Assembly: GCA_963754015.1 (NCBI GenBank) | Contig: CAVWEG010000004.1 | Coordinates: forward strand, 262,455-326,454 | Direction: 5' to 3' | Length of the DNA stretch: 64,000 nt | Source of the DNA: Candidatus Dormiibacterota bacterium | GTDB taxonomy: Bacteria > Chloroflexota > Dormibacteria > Aeolococcales > Aeolococcaceae | Shown here: positions 35,401-44,871 of the stretch, in pieces | Layout: every line of letters begins with the position of its first letter | Position numbering within the stretch: the stretch's first letter is position 1 | Program-made: the position numbers and the translations under genes | Notes under the pieces: generated by a model | Told to the model about the DNA's origin: nothing | The model's input: the letters and a program-made list of their open reading frames with translations, nothing else | Databases searched by the model: none

Positions 35401-38199
35401 GCCGCTGAGCGTGTAGTTGAACTGGTAGGTACCGGAGTCCGCGTCTGTCTGCAGATGGACGCGTCCATTTGCGTCGTACATCGTTTGGATCCACGTATCT
35501 AGCGTTGGGTCCTCTATAGACGCGATCTGCGTACAGGCGAGGTCGCCACCAGTGCACGTGCCCCAGTTGTACATCGTTGTCTTGGTAGCTGCATCCTCAA
35601 CGGACGTCAACCGCCCCGCGCCATCGTAGCCATACTCGACGCTTCGGCCCGTGTTGTCCGCGGCTTGCGTAATGCATGACGCCGGGTCCATCCCGGTCAC
35701 GCAACTACCCCATGTAAACGCGATCCAACGGCCGTCAGGCGAAGTCACCTGCTCTAGCTCGGAATTGGTCGCGTTCCGCTCTACACTGATTGAATTCCCA
35801 TACTCATCCGTGATCCCGGTGAGTGACGGATGGTACGTCCCGAACTGGTACTGAGTTCCATTGGGCATGGTGACGATGAGATCACTGTCGACAATCTCGT
35901 CAAGGGTGGCACCCGCATAGCTCGTTGAACCCGTAGCGTCATAGATATAGCTTGTCCCAGAGGGAGCAAAGGTCACGTCAGCCCCATCCGGCATTTGCAG
36001 GTCGTAGTTGCCGCTCGAATCGGGCGACACGAACATATCGAGGTTGTCGCTCTGGCTGTACCCGAATGCGCGTAGCTCTGGATCGCCCTGGCGGTATGAG
36101 CGGGTGACTGAGATGGGAAGGATGTCTGGCAATTCGAGATCGGTGTGGGTGCTATTCCAATTCCCGCTTTCGAGGTCCACAGGATCGCCGGCGGCGAGCA
36201 GGCTATCGACTAGTGGACAGAAGAGTCCGAGGATCGACCCCGCGAGTACGGTGCACAGCGGGTCCGACGAGATCGAATAGGACTCGATGTACTTGAGACG
36301 CAGGGTCGCCGGAGGGACGATATGCGCTGCATCCGCGCTGACCCTTCCCACCCCATACGCGTACCAGCCGGTGCCGTTCTTTGAGGCATCGTTGTCATCA
36401 AATTGGTAGTACGACCCCGGGCGCGCCTGCGTCAGGTTCGGGTAGATGATCTGGAGTCCAGGCCCGGCCACCACGCTGGCGTCCGACGGCTGCAATGTGT
36501 AGAAGAAGGACATGCCTGGGGCCAACGGAAGAGGCGTCCGCGTCAGCGGTGTCTCCGTCAACGAAAGCTGGTGAACGACCTTTCCATAGTGGTCGCGTAT
36601 CACTGTTCCTTTGGGAATCACGACTTGAAGCCCCGGAATCGCCGGCGATGAGTACACGATCTGCTTGGTCGTCGGCGACGCTATGGTGATCGCGTTAGCC
36701 AGATCGAGGGCCGGTAACCACACCGTCCATGGCAGCACCGCTGTGACGTGTGCCGTGACAACCACGCCTTCCTCGTAGGCGCCGTGATTTATGCTGTCGG
36801 TCGGCTCTGTGGCGTCGATCCACAGTTCCTGATGCCCCGCGGCGACCCCGGTCAAGAGAAAACGTCCCTGGCTGTCTGTCGTCGTTAGCTTCTTCCCAAT
36901 AGAGACGGACACACCCTGCAGCGGGAGCGAGTTCACATCTTCGATGACCCCAGCGAGCGCTGTAACGCTCTTCGCGGCCTGTAGCGGCGCAACCTCGGAC
37001 GCACGTCCCGAGCTGATCGGCGCGGGCGTCTCAGCCGCGACGAACACCTGGCTCAGCTCGGCATTCGCCGAAGAACTCACCGATCCCGCTGGCGTCACCA
37101 GAGTGACCGTGCCCGGGAGCGTTCCCCGCGGTACTCGACCGCTCAGCCTTGTCGAGGTCGCCGACACCACGTCGACATCTGTCGCGCCAACTCGAAGGCG
37201 GTCCAGTCCACTACTGCTTGCAAAGTGCGCACCTGTGACCGTGAGGGTGATCCGCGATCCACTCGTGGCTGCGCTGACAGCGCTGATCGTCGGGGCCTGA
37301 GCGGCGGTTTTATTGCTACCCGCACGGTGCATCAGACCACCGGTCGTTCTGCTGATGGAGAGTAGGTTGCCGGCGGCGTCGTAGTTGTATGTAGCCGTGC
37401 CTGCCGCGGTCGTCACTGTCGAGAGACGACCGGCGGCGTCATAGGTATACGTCGCCCCAGTTCCCACTACCGTGAACGTGGCCACGATGTCGCCCCACTC
37501 AACTGCGGTGGACAGGGTGGCGCCATATGACTGCGAGCCTGTGCTACTCGTGACCTGGTAGGCGCTCTGAACGTTGTTCAGGAGACTGGTCGGCGTCGAC
37601 TGATGCGCGCTGTTGTGCGTGTACCCGGCCGTCTGCGCAGAGATCGTTGGCCCAGAGTTCCACCCGATCCCGGCCACCACTAACTCGATTGCCTGCGCTG
37701 TCGCGCTCGTTGAACCACTGCTCGGTGCCGTGCCGCTGCTCGAACTCGCTCCTGCATCCACGCCCAGCGGGGTCGTCGGACTGACTCCCGCGAACTCCTG
37801 CACCGATTCCACGATCGTTGCCGACGCACTCGCATGTACCGTCACCGAAGACACCGCTGACGCGTCCGCCGCGTAGAACATGCCGGTCACGTTGGTGCCC
37901 GACGCCTTGGTCAAGACGGTGGCGAAAGTGTCCCCCGCCGAGTCAGTCACCGCAGGCGAGCCGAAGCTGCTCACACCCCGCAGACTCGCAGTGACGACGA
38001 GCAGGTCCCCGGCTGAGCTCGTGATTGTCGCCACGAGCGTCGCGGACTGGGTCGTCTCGGTGGCTCCAACCTCTTGCACCTGGGCGATCCCTGATGCCTT
38101 GACTGCCGACGCGCCGGATGCGAAGAAACTCACAGTTACGACCGAGGCCGCCGCGATCGCGCTGCCGAGAGCCCGCCAACGCCGCTTCTGCCTTTGCAT
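32407..38199 (-). CDS. Rhs/YD-repeat polymorphic toxin (1930 aa): signal peptide, shared N-domain, IPT/TIG-like and CarboxypepD_reg-like domains, YD-repeat shell, Hint domain, C-terminal toxin
   Basis: Dozens of YD repeats (YTYDAAGRL, YGYDGAGRL and others). Shell-plug motif DPVDLESGNWNSTHTDLELP. Core end YDQARYYSPSEARFISQDPLG...GDPVDITDPTGQ. Hint domain and short variable C-terminus. Confidence 0.95.
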   Translation of the reverse strand: MQRQKRRWRALGSAIAAASVVTVSFFASGASAVKASGIAQVQEVGATETTQSATLVATITSSAGDLLVVTASLRGVSSFGSPAVTDSAGDTFATVLTKASGTNVTGMFYAADASAVSSVTVHASASATIVESVQEFAGVSPTTPLGVDAGASSSSGTAPSSGSTSATAQAIELVVAGIGWNSGPTISAQTAGYTHNSAHQSTPTSLLNNVQSAYQVTSSTGSQSYGATLSTAVEWGDIVATFTVVGTGATYTYDAAGRLSTVTTAAGTATYNYDAAGNLLSISRTTGGLMHRAGSNKTAAQAPTISAVSAATSGSRITLTVTGAHFASSSGLDRLRVGATDVDVVSATSTRLSGRVPRGTLPGTVTLVTPAGSVSSSANAELSQVFVAAETPAPISSGRASEVAPLQAAKSVTALAGVIEDVNSLPLQGVSVSIGKKLTTTDSQGRFLLTGVAAGHQELWIDATEPTDSINHGAYEEGVVVTAHVTAVLPWTVWLPALDLANAITIASPTTKQIVYSSPAIPGLQVVIPKGTVIRDHYGKVVHQLSLTETPLTRTPLPLAPGMSFFYTLQPSDASVVAGPGLQIIYPNLTQARPGSYYQFDDNDASKNGTGWYAYGVGRVSADAAHIVPPATLRLKYIESYSISSDPLCTVLAGSILGLFCPLVDSLLAAGDPVDLESGNWNSTHTDLELPDILPISVTRSYRQGDPELRAFGYSQSDNLDMFVSPDSSGNYDLQMPDGADVTFAPSGTSYIYDATGSTSYAGATLDEIVDSDLIVTMPNGTQYQFGTYHPSLTGITDEYGNSISVERNATNSELEQVTSPDGRWIAFTWGSCVTGMDPASCITQAADNTGRSVEYGYDGAGRLTSVEDAATKTTMYNWGTCTGGDLACTQIASIEDPTLDTWIQTMYDANGRVHLQTDADSGTYQFNYTLSGSSVTATTVTDPDSNVSVSTFDSSGHLTSTTDASGTADQEETTYTLDGTTHQVTDAVDQLGRDAHYTYDAYGGVLTITMMYGTASAETTTFTYEPISHQLASVEDPLTNTSTIGYQDDSGGVGVITATDALGNQTITTTQNGEPTSVTDPLGNVTYYSYLNGDLVAVADPDGNVSTQYVDAGGRVLQSTDPDGNTTQYTVDAMNQVTAVEDALGDTTQYTYNPNGDVTLVEDPDTNLTTVSPNDMDQAGSVADALTNTTSYVYDGLGNIVQVTDGNGAVDKFTYDPMNRLATARYGVTGPTTQQSKISDSYDLGNRLTGIVDSASGTYTLGYDRFDRLTSDSGPEGSVAYAYDADGNRHTMTPSSGSMVTYGYDAAGALTGESTSSQSVSIVPDADLRPSTVTLPDGIVETYGYDAASQVTGITDTSGSTTVGTLTYGYDGDGQRTSVGGTLSQVALPTATTSTWTYNADNELASQNGSTLHYNNDGNLTSDPSNTYSWNDRGQLTGISGVSNATYSYDPFGVRQSSTVGGLTTDYLTDGGNVLENLVGGTVTASTLTGQGLDEVFSRTDGTGTSSLLTDSLGTTVGLGNSSGAVPTTYTYDPYGNASTNGTSSANPFEFVGQQNDGTGLDYDQARYYSPSEARFISQDPLGFNGRSTDLYSYAAGDPVDITDPTGQFLLEGCAVGAVISLVPDIADVLSGRKVNWGDAFVNAAVACAEGFVGAELFEWVGAAIDALLPADEGATAAWDALTSADGEAGDIGDDAGTPTMCGGESFSAGTEVLLADGSTIPISQVLAGDQVMATDPATGKIQSETVTALWLHDDADLMDITVLTTTARSTVHSTANHLFWDVTSHSWTPAFNLRIGDQLLTANGQLATVVQLTSVAGTGWMYDLTVNRDHDFFIGIAGSDVLVHNDTECDLSSHAAQQMADRGISQAQVDAAMTRTPFAYNDPASGELRTGYFDSRSGIFVGKVPGGTVVTVIADVTRAYIRWLIGGG
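32410..32658 (-). other. C-terminal toxin domain of Rhs (83 aa), DUF4258-like
   Basis: LSSHAAQQMADRGISQAQVDAAM resembles the H-A-x-x-R-M-x-x-R-G-I start of DUF4258, a family classically paired with DUF2283. Confidence 0.6.
32659..33093 (-). other. Hint (pre-toxin HINT) domain of Rhs (145 aa)
   Basis: Starts CGGESFSAGTEVLLADGSTIPISQV and ends DFFIGIAGSDVLVHN, the Cys1 and terminal HN signatures of Hint/intein-fold domains. Confidence 0.85.
37450..38090 (-). repeat. Shared N-terminal domain module (Rhs copy)
   Basis: About 79% aa identity by hand count over ~207 aa to 41860..42500, with long identical DNA runs such as CTGATGCGCGCTGTTGTGCGTGTACCC. Confidence 0.85.
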
Positions 38200-38202
38200 C
38201 GC

Positions 38203-41200
38203 TCAGTGCCCTCGCAACGAATAGTGGGTGCTTACCTGGGTTGAGGTAAGCGCCGAGTTGTAGACCGCAAGTTCGTCGAGGCCGCCGGACCAGGCGTACA
38301 GCGTTGGCCCTGAGTAGTAGGGGGCGTAGCCAAGCTCTAACCCGACGGCATTCGCGGTGCTCGGTGTTGTTGCAAACGACTGCGGCGATCCCAAGCTACT
38401 CCCATCCAAATACGCAGACACCGAGGTGCCGTTGTACGTAACGACGAGGTAATGCCAGGCACTGTCGATATCGGTGCCGCCTGGGTATGCAAATTGCACG
38501 TCGTTGCCTCCCGTGATCACGTCCAGCCCTGCCGACGATGTGGCAATGGCGAATTCCTGTCCAACCCCGGTCATGACCGTTGGACCCCACGCCACAATTT
38601 CGCAGTAGCTTGTCGTCGCACACGAGGTGGTAGACGCAAGATTCACCCAGACTTCCACGGTGCGTGCGCTGTTGCCCGTCGGCAGCGAGGTGGGGTCAGT
38701 CGTAAGCGTCGTCGCCGAGCAGCACGCCCCATTCAAGGTAATCGCCGGATCCGTGCCCACAGCACCCGGTTGGTCGGGGGTAACTCCGTTGCCTCCGTCG
38801 AAACGGCCCTCGAACTCCGTTGACGACGAGTCCGCGAAGACGGGTCCGTGTGCTTCCGAGAAACGGTAGTACGGACCCGCACCGTCGGCAATCACCGCAC
38901 TCGCGTAGGTCGATGACACTCCTGCCGGCGAGGACGAGTTCGTTGATGTTGCGGTCGGCCCTGAGCCCCACGCGTTCGTGGCAGTGACCGTGAACGTGTA
39001 CGCCACGCCTCCCGCGAGTCCGTCGATCCGCGCGGCAGTTTGCGTACCCAACACATACACGGCATTGGCAACGTGCCCACCGCCCGTGGCTTGGACGAGG
39101 TAGTAGTTGATCGGAACCCCTCGAGGTCCGGGCACGCCCCACGACACGGTGGCTGCATTGGATCCTCCGTAAGCGCCGTGCACCAACATCGGTGCCCCAG
39201 GCTGGGAATGCCCGCTTTGGGCGAAGTGCGTCGCGATCGCCGACCCGCTCAACACGGCGGGATAGACAGCCACATCGTCCAGCCCACTATTCGCGCCGAG
39301 CGGCTGGTCGCACCCGCCGCAGTATACCAATCCACCGATGACCAAAGGCCCTTGCGTCGTCGTGAGCGCGGGACTGACCGCCGCGCTACCAACCAGCTGC
39401 CCGTCGAGGTAAGCGGTCGCCGTCGTGGTCCCGTTGTAGGTCACATCGAGAAGGTGCCAGCTCCCATCGTTCACTGGATGAGACGGCGACCAGTTATAGC
39501 TGTGCCCATTGGTGTAGATCCCGAAGGACCCCTGGCCGTAGACACTCGAGTTGCTGACGACCAGTGACAGCGACTGATCTGTGCCTGTACCGCCGTAGCT
39601 CAAGACAGTTTGATACGCGTCGCTCGTTGTGCGGATCCAGCCTTCAAGCGTCACAGCTGACCCCGCAGTGGGCTCGCCGGCCCCTACGAGATATGTGCCG
39701 ATAGTATTCCCGTTCGGTTCCACTGCAGCGTCGCCGTCGGAGCTCACTGCCCCTGCAATGCCACTGACAAACCCGCTGCCAGCAAGTGCGTGGTACGGGA
39801 CTCCCAACGATGTGGTTCCCGTCGAATCGGTCATTAACGGACCGCCGCTGTCATCGAGGCGGTAATAAAAGGCCGGGCTGTCTCCCAGAATGGTGCTTGC
39901 ATATGTTGTCGCGCTACCGGTTGGCGTGTGGGCACTCGATGCTCCAACACTCCCCGAACCAAATGGGTCGATCCCATGCACCTGGAAGGTATAAGACGTC
40001 CCTCCCTTCAAACCTTTCAGTGTTGCGGATGTTGCCGAACTCGCCACAGACGTTGAGTTGCGGGCCGTACCGCCGATGTATGCCGTCACGACATAACCCT
40101 GTACTGTCGGCTCAGTTCCTGGAACGGTGGCCGTCGACGCCGTCCACGAAACTGTTGCTTGGTTGCTCCCGCCGGAGACGACCGCGGTCACGCTCCCGGG
40201 AGCAGACGGCACGGTGTTCCCGCTCGCCGTGAAGTGCGCGAGAATCTGGCTCGAGCTGAGTGCAGCTGGGTAGATCGCCACCTCATCCAGCCCACTGTTG
40301 CTCCCTTGCGGTGGATCGCACCCACCGCAGTACACGAGCCCCCCGATCGCGAGTGGTCCGACGGTCGTAGCGAGGGACACCGATCCATATGCAGTCCCTA
40401 CCGACACTCCGTCCATGTAACCCGTCACAGTCGAGCCGTCATATGTGACGTCGAGGAGATGCCAGTTGCCATCGTCCACCGGCCGCGCTGGTGTGAACCA
40501 GTACGCGCTACTGTCGGTCACCACACCGAAGTCGCCGCCGCCGTACGCTAAGTTGTTCGATGTCATCAGCGAGAGTGACTGGCCGCTAGCAGTGCCGCCA
40601 TAGCTCAGCACGGTTTGCTGGCCGGCGCTCGTTGTTCGAATCCAGCCTTCCAGTGTTACTGGCGAGGTCCCGGTTGGCTCCAGAAGCGGGCTGAGGTCAC
40701 TCCCCACGACATTCCCATTGGGCTCCAAGGCAGCGTCGGTATCACTACTGAGCGCGCCACCAATACCAGTTGTGGTGCCGGCGCTGGCCGACGCCGGATT
40801 CGCACTCCCAGAAGAGTCGGCCATCATTGGCCCGCTGTCGTCCAAACGGTAATATGCCTTTGGACTATCAGCCAGAACCGTGCTCGCATAGGTCGTTGAG
40901 CTGCCCGTCGGCGTGTGCGAGCTCGAAGTTCCTGCCGTACTAGGCCCGAACGCGTTCACCGCGACCACCTGGAAGGTATACGCCGTGCTTCCCTTGAGTC
41001 CAGTTAGGGTGGCGCTCGTGGCAGTGCTGCCAACTGAGGTGGCATTGCCCGCCGCACCACCCACGTAGGCGGTGGCGACATACCCTTGCACGGCGGCTTC
41101 GCCGCTCGGGACCGCTGCGCTCGATGCCGTCCAAGTGACCGTCGCCTGGTTGGCGCCCGAAATCGCTGCCACACTCCCCGGCGCCGTCGGGACTGTGTTG

Positions 41201-42624
41201 CCGCTCGCTGCGAAGTGGCTCATGATCTGACTAGAACTCAGCGCGCTCGGGTAGAGCGCTACCTCGTCAAGCCCGCTGGTGCTCCCTTGGAACGGGTCGC
41301 AGCCGCCGCAGTACATCAGGCCACCCACGTCCAGTGAACCGGCGGTCGTGGTGAGCGTCACCGAACTGATCCCACTCCCGACCGCGACCCCATCGAGATA
41401 GCCTTCGAGGGTCGTTCCGTTGTAAGTGACGTCGAGCAGGTGCCAATTACCATCGTCGACAGGGCGAGAGGGTGTGAACCAGTAGAAACCGCCATCGGTC
41501 ACCACACCGAAATCGCCGCCGCCGTAAGGCTGGTTGTTGCTAGTCATCAGCGAGAGTGACTGGCCGCTTCCGGTGCCGCCATAACTCAGCACGGTTTGCT
41601 GTCCGGCGCTCGTCGTCCGAACCCATCCCTCTAATGTCACCGCTGCTGCTCCGGTTGGCTCTCCCGCCGTTCCCGTCTCGGTGCCGACCAGATTCCCATT
41701 CGGCTCGGCCGCAGTGTCACTGTCGCCGCTCAGCGCCCCCGCAATACCGTACGTGAAGCCGCTGCCGTATGTCCCACTCCGCCCATTTCCGGAGGAATCG
41801 GCCATCACCGTGCCGCTACTCTCGTCGAGGCGGTAGTAGAACGAGGGAGCGTCGCCAACGACCGTCGCCGCGTACGACCCGCCCTTGAATGTGGCGACGA
41901 TGTCTCCCCAGAACGTCGAGGCGGACAGCGTTGCTCCGTATGCCTGCGTTCCCGTGCTGGCGGTCACCATGTATGCGCTCTGCACGTTGTTCAACAAGCT
42001 CGCGGGCGTCGACTGATGCGCGCTGTTGTGCGTGTACCCAGAGGTTTGCGCAGAGATCGTCGGTCCAGAGTTCCAGCCGATCCCCGCCACGACCAACTCC
42101 ACCGCCTGTGCCGTGGTCGCCGTCGATCCGCTTGCGGGGGCTGTGCCCGTGGAAGTCGCTCCCGCGTCGACATCCAACGGTGCGCTCGTCCGAACGCCGG
42201 CGAACTCTTGGACTGACTCGACGATCGTTGCGGATGCGCTCGCGTGCACCGTAACCGAGGTCACCGCCGGGGCGTTGGCGACATAGAACATCCCCGTGAC
42301 ATTCCCCCCTGTGACCTTTGTCAGCACCGTCGTGTAGGCATCACTCGCGGAGTCCGTTACAGCGGTTGCTCCAAACGAGCTCACTCCGCGCAGGCTTGCG
42401 GTGACCACCAGCAGATCACCGGCAGTGGTGGTGACGGACGCTGCCAACGTCGTTGACTGCGTACTTTCCGTGGCGCCGACCTCCTGCACCTGCGTGATCG
42501 CTGACGCCGCAACCGGTATTGCAAGAGCGCCGGCGGTCACGCCGATGAGTGAGGCGAGCGAGAGAGTTCCTACAGTACTCAGCGCAATCCGACGACGCCA
42601 CGGGGTGGACGTAAGTCTCGCCAT
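38203..42624 (-). CDS. Giant secreted LamG/FN3 modular protein (1473 aa): shared N-domain + 4 LamG-like + 3 FN3-like modules
   Basis: Signal peptide MARLTSTPWRRRIALSTVGTLSLASLIGVTAGALAIPVAASA. Repeated blocks YYRLDDS...LEGWIRTTS...DDGNWHLLDVTY...GLDEVAIYPAALS (LamG). Each is followed by P-APGSV...ATVSWTAS...YTFQV (FN3). Stop lies 3 nt before the Rhs start. Confidence 0.9.
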   Translation of the reverse strand: MARLTSTPWRRRIALSTVGTLSLASLIGVTAGALAIPVAASAITQVQEVGATESTQSTTLAASVTTTAGDLLVVTASLRGVSSFGATAVTDSASDAYTTVLTKVTGGNVTGMFYVANAPAVTSVTVHASASATIVESVQEFAGVRTSAPLDVDAGATSTGTAPASGSTATTAQAVELVVAGIGWNSGPTISAQTSGYTHNSAHQSTPASLLNNVQSAYMVTASTGTQAYGATLSASTFWGDIVATFKGGSYAATVVGDAPSFYYRLDESSGTVMADSSGNGRSGTYGSGFTYGIAGALSGDSDTAAEPNGNLVGTETGTAGEPTGAAAVTLEGWVRTTSAGQQTVLSYGGTGSGQSLSLMTSNNQPYGGGDFGVVTDGGFYWFTPSRPVDDGNWHLLDVTYNGTTLEGYLDGVAVGSGISSVTLTTTAGSLDVGGLMYCGGCDPFQGSTSGLDEVALYPSALSSSQIMSHFAASGNTVPTAPGSVAAISGANQATVTWTASSAAVPSGEAAVQGYVATAYVGGAAGNATSVGSTATSATLTGLKGSTAYTFQVVAVNAFGPSTAGTSSSHTPTGSSTTYASTVLADSPKAYYRLDDSGPMMADSSGSANPASASAGTTTGIGGALSSDTDAALEPNGNVVGSDLSPLLEPTGTSPVTLEGWIRTTSAGQQTVLSYGGTASGQSLSLMTSNNLAYGGGDFGVVTDSSAYWFTPARPVDDGNWHLLDVTYDGSTVTGYMDGVSVGTAYGSVSLATTVGPLAIGGLVYCGGCDPPQGSNSGLDEVAIYPAALSSSQILAHFTASGNTVPSAPGSVTAVVSGGSNQATVSWTASTATVPGTEPTVQGYVVTAYIGGTARNSTSVASSATSATLKGLKGGTSYTFQVHGIDPFGSGSVGASSAHTPTGSATTYASTILGDSPAFYYRLDDSGGPLMTDSTGTTSLGVPYHALAGSGFVSGIAGAVSSDGDAAVEPNGNTIGTYLVGAGEPTAGSAVTLEGWIRTTSDAYQTVLSYGGTGTDQSLSLVVSNSSVYGQGSFGIYTNGHSYNWSPSHPVNDGSWHLLDVTYNGTTTATAYLDGQLVGSAAVSPALTTTQGPLVIGGLVYCGGCDQPLGANSGLDDVAVYPAVLSGSAIATHFAQSGHSQPGAPMLVHGAYGGSNAATVSWGVPGPRGVPINYYLVQATGGGHVANAVYVLGTQTAARIDGLAGGVAYTFTVTATNAWGSGPTATSTNSSSPAGVSSTYASAVIADGAGPYYRFSEAHGPVFADSSSTEFEGRFDGGNGVTPDQPGAVGTDPAITLNGACCSATTLTTDPTSLPTGNSARTVEVWVNLASTTSCATTSYCEIVAWGPTVMTGVGQEFAIATSSAGLDVITGGNDVQFAYPGGTDIDSAWHYLVVTYNGTSVSAYLDGSSLGSPQSFATTPSTANAVGLELGYAPYYSGPTLYAWSGGLDELAVYNSALTSTQVSTHYSLRGH
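41860..42500 (-). repeat. Shared N-terminal domain module (LamG-protein copy)
   Basis: Paralogous to 37450..38090, as described in that entry. Confidence 0.85.
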
Positions 42625-42710
42625 TCACCATCCTGACGGCGCGACAACGTGGTCACGCCCCATCACCGCCATGGGAACGCATCCCTCGGTTTCGGCCGAG
42701 CGAGCGCAGC
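42588..42710 (-). repeat. 123-bp segment (first 13 codons plus 86 bp of upstream leader of the LamG gene) duplicated at 59446..59568
   Basis: 122/123 identical to 59446..59568 by hand alignment; the single difference is at the start codon. Confidence 0.9.
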
Positions 42711-43628
42711 GTAGTGCGGTCCGGCAACAAACGCAAGTAGCAGCAATGTAACAGCGCGAGCCATGCGATCATTGTGCTTCCACAGCTGTATCCATCTGTA
42801 CGCCGCATGACTAATCGCGGTGCCGCCAGTTTCGCCTATGCTCAAGCTCTTGAGGCACGTCGACGTAGACGCATCCGCGCATGTATATGACGTCTAGCAG
42901 GGGCAGAGCACCTGCAGCATCGATGTCCGCATCCAGGTTACTTCATGCGAGTGCGAGCCGTCGGCGCGTCCATCGCTTAACCGGAGCCACAGATCCCCCA
43001 GCGCTGGCGGTAACGTACCCGCTGTGTTGATCTTGGGGGTGCGGACCCCTCCTAATCACAGCCCACTAACCGTAGCGAGTGGCCTGCATATCTGGCCTTC
43101 CGGCTGCGCTCAGTAGAAGTGGCACATCCGCCGGACGCGTTCGTCCGAGATACAAGCGTGGAAAACAGGAGCCTACCGCAGACCTTGACCGCTGGCGCAA
43201 CGATCGGGATTCTGGCCGCGTGGGATGGGGCGCTCCTGATGCGATTTGTCTACTGCGGCATCACGCCACTGTTCGATCGGTTCACTGATGCCGGTCTAAC
43301 CGCTGGAATGGGTCGATAAGCATCGACGGTCAAGTCGCTGGCGCGAATACCGCCGTGAAGTAGGTGGCACACGCCTAGCGAAGCGGTCAACTCTGGCGAA
43401 GCTGGCCCGACGCCGATGCGCGCTGCTTCGAGCACCCCCACGCGTCGAGTTCCCCGACGACGGCACAGACGCGGGGTGCGGCGGTTCCTCTGACGCCCAC
43501 CCCGCGCCGCCGAGGGTGTGCGGTTTTCTGACGCCCTCTCCGCCGCCCGTCTGGCATAGGAAAGTGCCGCCCAGCCAAAGCTGAGCGGCACTCCAAGAAC
43601 CGACCGGCAGTGTTTAGGCTACCTCCGG

Positions 43629-44294
43629 TTAGCAATCATTATTGGGTGTCCATCCCACAGGCTCGTCATACACCTTAGTCGGCACTGTGACATCTTGGTT
43701 GCTGATGACAAGTGTCGTGTTGGCGTTCGCGTTGCCGAAGGAATCGAAGTTACCGTCACAAAGCGTGCTATATGTCTGTTCTGTGCTGGTAACCTCGAGA
43801 TTAGTGTTGCCGTTTGTTCCGCCCAGGTAGTACGGGGCATTGAACGCGCCGATTTGCCCGATATCCCATGGCACGCCGGTACAACTAGTCCATCCCACGC
43901 CAACAATGGCGCAATCCGAGAAGTAATTCGGACCGCCGGGATAGGCGGTACCGTACCACGTAGTATCCCAACCCTCGACACGCAACCCGCTGCCTTGGTT
44001 GTTGTTGAAGAAGTCTGCCGTCGATCCAAGTTGATAGTCTTGGATGACATACATATCCCCCCAGTCGTGGCCTGCCCATTGCGTACATCCTGACGCCGGA
44101 ATCTGCTCGAAGCTTGACGTCATGTCGATGTAATTGCCGTCAGCCAGATTCTTGATGTCGTACCAAGGGTGCGTGTAGGTTGTGAAATAGCAATCATTGG
44201 ATGCGTGTGCAATCTTCGCCGCCCCGAAGGTAAACGCTGTTGCCCCGACCAACAGAGCGGCCAGCCCGATTGAGGCCTTCCTAGGTAGTCGCAT
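43629..44294 (-). CDS. Secreted cysteine-containing protein, paralog family A
   Basis: AGGAGGAG upstream of ATG 44294; signal peptide MRLPRKASIGLAALLVGATAFTFGAAKIAHA/S; NDCYF, GCTQWAGHDWGD, C-terminal NNDC. The long ORF-track N-extension is rejected. Confidence 0.8.
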   Translation of the reverse strand: MRLPRKASIGLAALLVGATAFTFGAAKIAHASNDCYFTTYTHPWYDIKNLADGNYIDMTSSFEQIPASGCTQWAGHDWGDMYVIQDYQLGSTADFFNNNQGSGLRVEGWDTTWYGTAYPGGPNYFSDCAIVGVGWTSCTGVPWDIGQIGAFNAPYYLGGTNGNTNLEVTSTEQTYSTLCDGNFDSFGNANANTTLVISNQDVTVPTKVYDEPVGWTPNNDC

Positions 44295-44871
44295 GCGTCT
44301 CACGAATCTCCTCCTGTGTTGCCTGGCGTGGGATGGTGATGCTATGCGCCGAGTGTCATACAGGCGCAGCGCGCCCATCTTGGTCCTTTTATAGCCGCTT
44401 TGCACGGCGCGGTTTGATACGGCAGTGGCGGTGCGACCATTGACCGGAGAGCGGACAGCTTCGCCTAGTGCGCCCTCGGTGCAGGATTCCGGCGACGCCG
44501 ATGACCCCAAGGGCGATAGTGGCGGTCATCGCGACGATGGGCAGGCGGCCCATGCAAAGATCGCGCCGATCCAGCGAGACGGCTACGGGCTGACCGCAAT
44601 GATCGTCCCGACGAAGGGTGTGATGATGAGGGCGAAGCCACTACTGATCACTGCACCGGTGCCCACAGGAGCCTCGATTGGTCGCGTTCAAGCGTTTGCA
44701 ATCCGCTTAGCCCTACTAACCATGACGTTTCAAGGCTGTCGGCCTTCTGAGATCGGGCGAGGATCAACGTCCCGTAGAAGGCAGGCCGACGTTCACCGCA
44801 ACGAGCGACGGGAAGAGTGTTGCAGCTGCGAACGCGCTTCGCGGACCGAGGAAGCGCGGATCGAAGGAGGG

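Noticed and set aside
43629-44510. Full-length 293-aa version of the family-A secreted protein
   Set aside because: The first 72 codons precede a strong AGGAGGAG-ATG start at 44294 and would bury the signal peptide. The internal start is preferred.
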